DNA of 35,563 nt from a virus (lineage: Duplodnaviria > Caudoviricetes). The notes below the pieces were generated by a model. That model saw only the letters and a list, made by a program, of their open reading frames with translations, did no database searches and was not told the DNA's origin. Shown in pieces: positions 9,419-17,818 of this stretch (position 1 is the stretch's first letter; every line of letters begins with the position of its first letter). The stretch covers positions 1-35,563 of IMG/VR virus record IMGVR_UViG_3300011338_000058; one strand, given 5' to 3'. Position numbers and translations under genes: made by a program.

Positions 9419-9879
9419 ATCTATCAAAGAATTTCACTCTGAATGAATTGACCAAGTCCGAGACTGCAACACGCTTGGACATTGACAATACGCCAAACGA
9501 AGAGCAGATCGAATCACTGCGCTTGTTGTGCGAAAACATCCTACAGCCAGTGCGCAATCACTTTGGCAAGCCTGTGAAGATTTCATCTGGGTTTAGGTGT
9601 TCTGCTTTGAATCAGGCGGCTGGTGGGTCGGCTACCTCAGACCATTGCAAGGGCCAAGCCTGCGATTTTGAGATTGATGGCATACCTAACCCAGAGCTGG
9701 CAGAGTGGATTGAAAGTAATCTCAAGTACACCCAATTGATATTGGAGTTTTATACACAAGGTCAGCCAAATTCGGGTTGGGTTCACGCCTCATTTAATCC
9801 AGAAAATCTCAAAGGTCAGTCACTCACCGCCACCAAGATTGCGGGAAAGACTACCTATTTGCCTGGCTTGGTGGCTTAA
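9415..9879 (+). CDS. Endolysin, peptidase M15A family
   Basis: LSKNFTL.EL..S, ISSGFR, S.H..GQA.D and WVH Zn-peptidase motifs. Confidence 0.9.
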   Translation: MNLSKNFTLNELTKSETATRLDIDNTPNEEQIESLRLLCENILQPVRNHFGKPVKISSGFRCSALNQAAGGSATSDHCKGQACDFEIDGIPNPELAEWIESNLKYTQLILEFYTQGQPNSGWVHASFNPENLKGQSLTATKIAGKTTYLPGLVA

Positions 9880-9882
9880 TCC

Positions 9883-10554
9883 ATGGCACTAAACCTTGGT
9901 CAGCAGATAAGCACACCGGCACAGCCAAATCTTGGCACGCCAGCGCCTACCTATGACCAAGGCTTTTTTGGTACTTCATTTGGCGGTTTGAATGCTTACT
10001 TCACCAAGCTGACGGCCATCTTCTCGGCGCTATTTGGTCAACGTGGTGGCAAGTGGATAAACAATCCCTATGGCGCTTTTCAGGACACCACAGATCAGAC
10101 GGCGACTGCCAACACCGCCACAGTGATGACATTCAACACCACTGACTTTGCAAATGGCGTGTCGGTAGTGTCTAACTCTAAGCTGACAGTGGCGCAGGCT
10201 GGTATCTATAACTTGCAATTTAGTGTGCAATTTGAAAATACAGATGTTTTTGAGCATGATGTCACTATATGGCTACGCAAGGACGCATCTGGCGCTGGTG
10301 TTGATATAACTGGATCGGCTGGCCGTGTCGGTATCCCAAGCTCACATGGTGGTATTAGCGGACACGCCATTGTTGGTTGGAATTACTTTATTACGCTCAA
10401 CGCTAATGAGTTTGTTGAGATTTGGTGGTCAACTCCAAGCACTAATGTGTCAATTCAAGCCTATGCCGCCGGAACTTCACCGACAAGGCCATCAACGGCA
10501 TCAGTTGTTGCCACCATGACATTCGTGTCCAATCTGTCAACAGAAACAGCATAA
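9883..10554 (+). CDS. Tail protein with C1q/BclA-C-like beta-sandwich
   Basis: YGAF, AGIYNLQFSVQF and L.A.EFVEIWW pattern, adjacent to the gp10-like gene. Confidence 0.6.
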   Translation: MALNLGQQISTPAQPNLGTPAPTYDQGFFGTSFGGLNAYFTKLTAIFSALFGQRGGKWINNPYGAFQDTTDQTATANTATVMTFNTTDFANGVSVVSNSKLTVAQAGIYNLQFSVQFENTDVFEHDVTIWLRKDASGAGVDITGSAGRVGIPSSHGGISGHAIVGWNYFITLNANEFVEIWWSTPSTNVSIQAYAAGTSPTRPSTASVVATMTFVSNLSTETA

Positions 10555-10561
10555 TTAAGCC

Positions 10562-12043
10562 ATGGCACTCATACCTCTCAAGATTCCACCTGGCGTGTAT
10601 CGCAACGGCACTGAATATCAGTCTGCGGGACGCTGGTTTGACGCCAACCTAGTGCGTTGGTTTGAGAACACTCTCAGACCCATTGGCGGCTGGCGCAAGC
10701 GTTCCAGCAGTCAGATGACAGGATCATGCCGAGCTTTAATTACTTGGCGGGATAACTCAGGCGATAGATGGATTGCGGCGGGTACTGACTCCAAGCTCTA
10801 CGCCATGAATGAGGCAGGCACGCTAAAGGACATCACGCCAACAGGTTTCACTGCTGGTATAGCTGATGCCGCAACAAAGACGGGCTATGGATATGGTCCT
10901 TATGGCTCATATGCCTATGGTGTGGCGCGTCCTGATAACGGCACTGTGACACCGGCAACGACATGGAGCTTAGACACTTGGGGTGAGTATCTAATTGGTT
11001 GCTCTGACTCGGATGGCAAGCTCTATGAGTGGCAATTAGGATTCTCAACGCCGACACTGGCTGCGGCCATCACCAATGCGCCAACAGGGTGTCAGGCTGT
11101 AATGTCAACCGCCGAGCGTTTTGTCTTTGCTCTTGGCGCGTCCAGCAATCCTCGGTTGGTGAAGTGGTGCGATCAGGAGAACAATACTGTATGGACGGCA
11201 GCCGCCACCAATCAGGCGGGTGACTTTGAGTTGCAGACAGTTGGATCACTGAAAGCAGGCAAAAAGGTGCGCGGCATCAATTTGCTGTTTACCGATGTTG
11301 ATGTACACACCGCCACATTTGTGGGTTTGCCATACGTCTACAGCTTTGAAAAGGCTGGATCGGGATGCGGATTGATTTCATCGCAGGCGGTGGCGGCCAT
11401 CGATACTGCCGCCATGTGGATGAGCAAATCAGGTTTTTGGTTATTTGATGGATATGTCAAGCCTTTGCCTTGCGATGTCTCTGACTATGTATTTCAGAAC
11501 ATGAATTACAACCAAGTCAGCAAGGTGTATGCGGTTCATAACTCCAAGTATGGCGAGATATGGTGGTTCTATCCATCAAGCGCCAGCAATGAAGTTGACT
11601 CCTATGTCATCTATAACTACCGCGAAAACCACTGGAATATTGGCTCTATGTCGCGTACAGCAGGCACAGACAGAGGCGTCTATTTGCAGCCATTGATGGT
11701 GTCATCTGACGGCTACATCTATGAGCATGAGGTTGGCTATGACTATGACTCAGGCGCTGTCTATGCTGAGTCAGGACCTTATGAAATCGGTGTCGGTGAA
11801 AACATCATGTCGGTACGCCAAGTGATACCTGATGAGCAGACTTTGGGCGAGGTACAGATCAGCTTCAAGTCGCGGATGTATCCGACATCAACTGAGACAA
11901 GCCATGGTCCATATCCAGCGTCACAGCCAACCGATGTGCGGTTTGCTGGCCGTCAGGTAAAGATCAGGTATACCGGCGCAGTTTTGGAGGATTGGCGCGT
12001 TGGCGTCAACCGAGTTGACACTGTGGCGATGGGCAAGCGTTGA
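10562..12043 (+). CDS. Tail hub / packaged-DNA stabilisation protein (P22 gp10-like)
   Basis: 493 aa, Trp-rich beta-propeller-like sequence, V.WCDQE...W motif, placed before the ejection proteins. Confidence 0.75.
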   Translation: MALIPLKIPPGVYRNGTEYQSAGRWFDANLVRWFENTLRPIGGWRKRSSSQMTGSCRALITWRDNSGDRWIAAGTDSKLYAMNEAGTLKDITPTGFTAGIADAATKTGYGYGPYGSYAYGVARPDNGTVTPATTWSLDTWGEYLIGCSDSDGKLYEWQLGFSTPTLAAAITNAPTGCQAVMSTAERFVFALGASSNPRLVKWCDQENNTVWTAAATNQAGDFELQTVGSLKAGKKVRGINLLFTDVDVHTATFVGLPYVYSFEKAGSGCGLISSQAVAAIDTAAMWMSKSGFWLFDGYVKPLPCDVSDYVFQNMNYNQVSKVYAVHNSKYGEIWWFYPSSASNEVDSYVIYNYRENHWNIGSMSRTAGTDRGVYLQPLMVSSDGYIYEHEVGYDYDSGAVYAESGPYEIGVGENIMSVRQVIPDEQTLGEVQISFKSRMYPTSTETSHGPYPASQPTDVRFAGRQVKIRYTGAVLEDWRVGVNRVDTVAMGKR

Positions 12044-12408
12044 CAGACGAAGAGGATTTAGAGAGGCTGCGCCATCATGTGGAGGCGGCACTAGAATACT
12101 CTGGAGGGACTCATGGAATTGAGGACATTGCAGAGGGACTCAAAACAGGCAGATTTCAACTATGGCCTGCTGATGACTCTGTGGTGGTGACTGAGATCAT
12201 TGTCTACCCGCGACTCAAGAATTTGCACTTCTTTCTTGCTGGCGGCGACCTAGATGAACTCCGATTGATGCGACCTTTAATCGAGCAATGGGGTAAGAAC
12301 ATGGGTTGCACGCGAGTGTCTTTAGCTGGCCGACAGGGTTGGGCAAAGACATTCTTACGAGATGAGGGTTACAAGCCAAAGTGGTTTGTACTTAGCAAGG
12401 ACTTGTAA
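12040..12408 (+). CDS. GNAT-fold protein
   Basis: LHFFLAGG..WGK..GC.RV...GR.GW...GY pattern. Usual position after the gp10-like gene. Confidence 0.6.
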   Translation: MTDEEDLERLRHHVEAALEYSGGTHGIEDIAEGLKTGRFQLWPADDSVVVTEIIVYPRLKNLHFFLAGGDLDELRLMRPLIEQWGKNMGCTRVSLAGRQGWAKTFLRDEGYKPKWFVLSKDL

Positions 12409-13551
12409 ATGGCATACGAAGATTTGATAGCGGGTACTGGATGGACAAATCTGCCATCACCTCAATTTGGCGGTGGTCTTCTTGACGCGCCTACAAATCG
12501 CTATCAGCAGATCATGTCTCAGATTGGTCAGACTGAGCAAGTGCCACAAGGTTTGCTTGACGCTACTGGTGGCTATAAGCCTGAGATTTACAACATCACA
12601 CCAGCTCAAAATCAGGCCATTATGAAGTTTAATTCTGCTGTTGAGCAAAGATTAAGCGGTGGCGGTGCTAGTCCTACTGTTGCTGCACAGCAAGCAGCCG
12701 CACAAGCAGCGTTGGCGCAGATGACGCCAGGCGAGCAAGCCGCAGTGCAGGCCATGACAGTGCCTAATCTTGTGAACTTGATGCTGCCTTTGCCTGTTCA
12801 ATTGATGATGAATGTGATGGGAATTGACGCGCCTGGCGTTACCTCCAGCGGTGGCGTCAGCAAAAGCAGTGGCAGTCCTATGGGAGGCATCGCCAGCAAG
12901 GGTACTAAAGGTCAGGTTGCAAACGCGGTAACTACTACCGGCCTTGCGATTGGTAATGCTGTTGGCGGTAATGTTGGCACATCGCCTGGCACTACCGGCG
13001 GTGGCTTGGCAGGCATGGGCAGTGGCGCAGCGGGAGTCGCCGCCACAGCAGCCGCAACAGGCAGTGGCATGGGTGGCCTTGGCGGTGGAAGCAGTAGCGG
13101 TGGAGGTGGAGGCGGTAGCAGCGGTGGCTCTGGTTTAGGCGGTATGGGTACAGGCGCAGCAGGCGCAGCCGCATCCGCTGGTGTAGGCGGTGGAGGTGGA
13201 GGTGGCGGTGGAGGCGGTGGATGTTGCTTCATCATGCTGGAAGCTCGCTATGGTGATGGCACTATGGATGCTGTTGTTCGCAGATACCGCGATGAGAAGA
13301 TCACCGACCATAACAAGCGTGGCTACTACAAGCTGGCCGAAGTCTTTGTGCCGCTGATGCGCCAATCCAAACTATTCAAGTTCATGGTGGCTAAGACTTT
13401 TGCTGATCCTCTTGTCTCTTATGGCAAGTGGCACTATGGACAAAACAAGCATGGATGGATATTCAAGCCAGTTGAAAGATTTTGGATGAAAGTCTTCAAC
13501 ACATTGGGCAGTGATACGAAGTTTATTCGTGAAAACGGCGAAACGATTTAA
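12409..13551 (+). CDS. Gly-rich putative ejection/virion protein with C-terminal CFI-box-CTERM-like domain
   Basis: Long poly-Gly linker followed by CCFI..RRYRD..GYY. Confidence 0.7.
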   Translation: MAYEDLIAGTGWTNLPSPQFGGGLLDAPTNRYQQIMSQIGQTEQVPQGLLDATGGYKPEIYNITPAQNQAIMKFNSAVEQRLSGGGASPTVAAQQAAAQAALAQMTPGEQAAVQAMTVPNLVNLMLPLPVQLMMNVMGIDAPGVTSSGGVSKSSGSPMGGIASKGTKGQVANAVTTTGLAIGNAVGGNVGTSPGTTGGGLAGMGSGAAGVAATAAATGSGMGGLGGGSSSGGGGGGSSGGSGLGGMGTGAAGAAASAGVGGGGGGGGGGGGCCFIMLEARYGDGTMDAVVRRYRDEKITDHNKRGYYKLAEVFVPLMRQSKLFKFMVAKTFADPLVSYGKWHYGQNKHGWIFKPVERFWMKVFNTLGSDTKFIRENGETI

Positions 13552-13561
13552 GGGGAATAGT

Positions 13562-14326
13562 ATGAGTAAAGGTGGCGGCGGTGGTAGTGGAAATCAAACA
13601 GTAACGCAAACAATTGATCCTCAAATCAAGGCTGCGTATCTCCAAAACTTGGAGCAGGCAAAAAGCGTTGCTGGTGGCCTTGGCGTACAGCAGTTTGCTG
13701 GTTTCAATCCCATGTATCAGCAGGGTGAAGAGCAGCTTGTAAACCTTGGACTCAAACCTTTCACTGGTGCTGATATTCAAGAGTTCATGAATCCCTATGA
13801 GCAGCAAGTCATCCAAGGCACATTGGGCGACATTGAGCAGTCACGCCAAATGGCTGCAAATCAAGTGGCTAATCAGGCGACTGCTGCCAAGGCCTTTGGC
13901 GGTTCACGCTATGGCGTACAGCAGTCACTGACAGATCAGGCGGCATTGCAGCAGGCTGCCAAGACAGCGGCGCAGATGCGTCAGGCTGGTTATGGTCAGG
14001 CTGCTGGCTTGGCTATGAATGCTCGCAATTTAGGATTGGCTGGAGCGCAGTCTGTCATGGGTGCTGGCTCTGCACGCCAACAACTTGAACAGGCTCGACT
14101 TGATGCTGCACGCAATATCGGTTTGCAAAAACTTGGCGTAGTTCAGAGTGCATTGAGTGGTCAGCCTGCTAATGTTGGCGGCACAACAAGTCAGCCAACA
14201 TATCGCAATCAAGCCTCTGGCGCTTTGGGTGGTGCTTTGGCTGGAGCGCAGTTGGGATCAATTGTGCCTGGCATTGGTACAGGTATCGGCGCAGGCATTG
14301 GTGGTCTGATTGGATTACTGGGGTAA
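13562..14326 (+). CDS. DNA ejection / pilot protein (P22 gp7-like position)
   Basis: MSKGG start, MNPY..QV and AFGGSR motifs, Q/A-rich, C-terminal glycine zipper. Confidence 0.75.
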   Translation: MSKGGGGGSGNQTVTQTIDPQIKAAYLQNLEQAKSVAGGLGVQQFAGFNPMYQQGEEQLVNLGLKPFTGADIQEFMNPYEQQVIQGTLGDIEQSRQMAANQVANQATAAKAFGGSRYGVQQSLTDQAALQQAAKTAAQMRQAGYGQAAGLAMNARNLGLAGAQSVMGAGSARQQLEQARLDAARNIGLQKLGVVQSALSGQPANVGGTTSQPTYRNQASGALGGALAGAQLGSIVPGIGTGIGAGIGGLIGLLG

Positions 14327-14329
14327 ATC

Positions 14330-15712
14330 ATGGCAACATTCGCAGACTTATATAACTCTATTGGCGGTGCTGACTATGGCTCAAACTTGCAGCCATCACC
14401 AGTAGCGTCCCCAATGAACTTTGGTGGCTTGCTCTTTGGCGGCATGGATGGTGGCCTCAATGAGTACCTGACAGATGCACAGCGCCAAGCGATGCAACGC
14501 CAAGCAATGATGTCTGCGGCGGCTGCATTGCTTAAATCAAGCGGTAGAAGCACCACACCAATATCACTTGGTCAGGCACTCGGACAAGGCTTGGAGGCTG
14601 GCGCGGCAGGCTACCAGCAGGCACAGCAGGGTGCTATTGCTCAGTTGATGACCAAGCAGAAGCTGGATGAGGCGAAACGCGCACAACAAGCGCAGTTGGC
14701 CTATCAAAACTATTTGACTGGTCAGCCTACAGTTGGCGCAGAGATCACGCCAGAGCAGGCTATTGCAGCGCCTGGCATGGCGCTTGGTCCAACGCAAGAG
14801 CGTGCCGCCATGATTGGTCAGCCTGCGCCTAGCGTTGCCCCTAGTGGGATGTCGAATTTGACACGTGAACAACGTGCGATGCTGGCTCAACTTCCTGCTG
14901 AAAAGGGAATACCTGAGATGCTGAAGTTGACTCAGCCAACAGAGAAAGCAAGACTGCTGGCTGAACTTAACATGAAGCCAACATTGGAAAATTTGCGTCT
15001 GCTTGAAAAGCCCGAGGCTGATCCTGAAAAGATCAGGATTCTTAAAGCACTTGGCATGGATGTGAACTTGACCAATTTACGTCAATTGGACAAGCCTGAG
15101 TCTGCGCCAAATGAGGTGCAGTTGCTTAATGCTGCTGGCGTGCCAGTGACATTTGAAAACATTGTTAAATTGAAGCGTTCAGGCGCAACCAACGTCAATG
15201 TTGACACTGGTCAAAAGGGTTTTGAAAACAAGATGTCGGCCAAGAAGACATTCATGTCAGAACCCATCTACAAGGACTTCACTGACATGAAGTCAGCATA
15301 TGGTCAGGTGATTTCAGCCTTGGATCAAGGTTCACCAATTGGCGATGTGGCTGGTGCTACTAAGGTAATGAAGTTGCTCGACCCTGGCTCTGTCGTGCGT
15401 GAGTCTGAATTGGGCATTGCGATGGCGGCATCAGGCCGTATGGATAGGCTGAAATACTATTTTGACAATTGGGCATCAGGTAACAAGCTCACACCTACAC
15501 AGCGCAGTGACTTCAAGCAATTGTCAAATGAGCTGTACGCGGCTGCTGGACAGGCTTACAACCAAAAGCGTGGTGAGTATCTCGACTTTGGTTCAAGCAC
15601 TGGCGTTGAGCTTGATAAGGCACTTGGTGCGCCTGCCAATATTCCATCAATTATGAAAACGCCTGGCGGTGCAGCCAAGCGCAAACCTCTGACAGACATC
15701 TTCACACGATAA
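14330..15712 (+). CDS. DNA ejection protein (gp20-like position)
   Basis: Q/A-rich N-terminus, three approximately 28-aa internal repeats, K.LDPGSVVRESE motif. Confidence 0.7.
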   Translation: MATFADLYNSIGGADYGSNLQPSPVASPMNFGGLLFGGMDGGLNEYLTDAQRQAMQRQAMMSAAAALLKSSGRSTTPISLGQALGQGLEAGAAGYQQAQQGAIAQLMTKQKLDEAKRAQQAQLAYQNYLTGQPTVGAEITPEQAIAAPGMALGPTQERAAMIGQPAPSVAPSGMSNLTREQRAMLAQLPAEKGIPEMLKLTQPTEKARLLAELNMKPTLENLRLLEKPEADPEKIRILKALGMDVNLTNLRQLDKPESAPNEVQLLNAAGVPVTFENIVKLKRSGATNVNVDTGQKGFENKMSAKKTFMSEPIYKDFTDMKSAYGQVISALDQGSPIGDVAGATKVMKLLDPGSVVRESELGIAMAASGRMDRLKYYFDNWASGNKLTPTQRSDFKQLSNELYAAAGQAYNQKRGEYLDFGSSTGVELDKALGAPANIPSIMKTPGGAAKRKPLTDIFTR

Positions 15713-15721
15713 GGCGCAATC

Positions 15722-17815
15722 ATGGATGAGTTAAAGAAGCAGATTGATACGGCCAGAAAAGAGGGCTACCAAGATGATGAAATCATTGGTTATCTATCAG
15801 CACTGCCTGGCGTAGACACTCAGATCAAGACCGCCATTGAGAACAACTACACGCCATCCGAAATACTGAAGTTCTTGTCTGAGCGTAAGTCTCCTGCTTA
15901 TGAGGCTGGTGCAAAGAAGTCACAGATGGAAAAAGGATTCTTGGCGGCCATGCAGGGTCCGACAATGGGTTTCTATGATGAGTTGGCCGGCGCTGTTGCC
16001 GCACCAGTAAGAGCTATCACTGAGGGCGTTCCACTGTCTCAGGCGTACCAAGAGCAACGCGACATCATTCGCGGCGCTGCTGAGTCCTACACCAAAGAGA
16101 ATCCATATACATCCGCCGGATTGCAAGCTGCGGCTACTTTGCCCACCATGGCGATTGGCGCACCAGCAAGGGTAAGCCAAGCTGTTAGCCGAGGCGTTAT
16201 GCCTGCTGTGGAGGCCATATCTCCAAAGCTGGCGCAATTTGGACGCTACCTCACGCAAGCACCAGCAGCAGGCCAAGTCATGGGTATGGGTCAGCGCATG
16301 GCGCAGGCCGGTGCTACAGGCTTGGGCTATGGCATGGTTGGCGGTCTTGGTACATCTGAGGGCGAAACCATTGCCGACATCAGCAAAGATGTTGCAAGAG
16401 GCGGTGTAGTTGGCGGTGTAGTTGGTCCAATATCTCAGCCAGTCATGTCGGTGCTTGGCGCCGGTGGCCGTCAGATCGCTGCAAGGGTTTCGCCTGCCAA
16501 GGCCGAGCAGTATGCACAGCAAAAGGTGGCCGAGGCTTTACTGCGCGACACGCCACCCGATCTGCTCGCCAGCGCATTGACCATGTCTCAGGCTCGCATG
16601 GGTAGACTTGGTCCAGAGGCACGCATTGCTGATGTGGGTGGTGCAAATATGCGTCAACTGTTGGACACCATAGCAACACTGCCAGGCGAGACAAAGCAAG
16701 CCTTAGAGCGTGCCATCAGAGAGCGCCAAGCTGGACGCGCAGGCCGTTTGGTTTCTGCTGCTGATACGGCTTTAGGTACGCAAGGCGCACAGTTCCAACA
16801 AAGCATTGACAACTTCAGCGAGTTGCGCCGACTTGAATCGCGCCCTTTCTACAACGTCATTGACCAAGCAGTGGTGCAAGTAGATGATAACTTGATGAAG
16901 TTGTTAAAGCGTTCAGAGTCATCTCACAGTGCTGCTGAATTGCTGTACCGCACAAAGACTGGTCAGACGATTGATCTGTCAAAGTTGCAGGCAGGCCAGC
17001 GCGTGCCAATGAATGTATTGGACACACTGAAGCAGTCTCTGTACGACTCAGCGCAAAGCCTTAAGCGTTCAGGTGCAAATCAGCAGGCCAACGCATATGA
17101 TGATGTACGCCAAGAGTTGATCAAAACATTGAGCGATAAGTCACCAAGGATTGGCGGTAAATCTGCCTACGCGCAGGCGATGGAGAAGTGGGCAGGACCA
17201 TCACAGATGATGGATGCCGCCGAGCTTGGCCGCAAAGCCATGACTGGTGACATTGTCAACTTCCAGCAGGAATTGCGCGGATTGACTGATTCTGAGATTG
17301 CAGCATTCAGCGTTGGAGCTTTGCAGGCTCTACGCCAAAAGACAGGCACAGAGGCTGGTCAGACATCATTGCTGAAGATGTGGAAAGAGCCAGCAACGCA
17401 AGAGAGACTTAAGTCTATATTCGGTAAGGACTATCGAGAGTTTGCGGCAGCGGTTGCCAGAGAAGCTCGACTCAAAGGTTTTGAGTCTGCTGGCCGTGGA
17501 TCGCAGACCGCGGCACGCGCTGCTGGCATGGCCGATCTTGATGTCGCACCAGTGATGCAGGCAGGGCAGGCGGTTGCCACCGGCAATGTGCCTGGCATGG
17601 TGACATCAGCCTCCAACCTATTCGGTCAAGTCAGGACTCCCGAAGCAGTACGCAATCAAATGGGGCGTATCCTGCTCTCACGCGAACAGCAAAAACTGAT
17701 TGATCTGTCCGAGTCAATTCGCCGTCTTAACGAGTCACGCGCACGCGCTGCTGGCGCCGGTGGTTATATCGGTGGACAAACTGGAATAATTGGGTCTAAC
17801 TTAGCAGGACAATAA
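15722..17815 (+). CDS. Large DNA ejection protein (gp16-like position)
   Basis: 697 aa, Ala/Gly-rich helical sequence, GPT.GF.DEL and GSQTA.R motifs. Confidence 0.7.
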   Translation: MDELKKQIDTARKEGYQDDEIIGYLSALPGVDTQIKTAIENNYTPSEILKFLSERKSPAYEAGAKKSQMEKGFLAAMQGPTMGFYDELAGAVAAPVRAITEGVPLSQAYQEQRDIIRGAAESYTKENPYTSAGLQAAATLPTMAIGAPARVSQAVSRGVMPAVEAISPKLAQFGRYLTQAPAAGQVMGMGQRMAQAGATGLGYGMVGGLGTSEGETIADISKDVARGGVVGGVVGPISQPVMSVLGAGGRQIAARVSPAKAEQYAQQKVAEALLRDTPPDLLASALTMSQARMGRLGPEARIADVGGANMRQLLDTIATLPGETKQALERAIRERQAGRAGRLVSAADTALGTQGAQFQQSIDNFSELRRLESRPFYNVIDQAVVQVDDNLMKLLKRSESSHSAAELLYRTKTGQTIDLSKLQAGQRVPMNVLDTLKQSLYDSAQSLKRSGANQQANAYDDVRQELIKTLSDKSPRIGGKSAYAQAMEKWAGPSQMMDAAELGRKAMTGDIVNFQQELRGLTDSEIAAFSVGALQALRQKTGTEAGQTSLLKMWKEPATQERLKSIFGKDYREFAAAVAREARLKGFESAGRGSQTAARAAGMADLDVAPVMQAGQAVATGNVPGMVTSASNLFGQVRTPEAVRNQMGRILLSREQQKLIDLSESIRRLNESRARAAGAGGYIGGQTGIIGSNLAGQ

Positions 17816-17818
17816 ATC

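Noticed and set aside
12912-13235. Poly-Pro ORF on the minus strand
   Set aside because: It is the antisense shadow of the Gly-rich codons of 12409-13551. The same applies to other long antisense ORFs such as 15920-16522 and 27042-27722.
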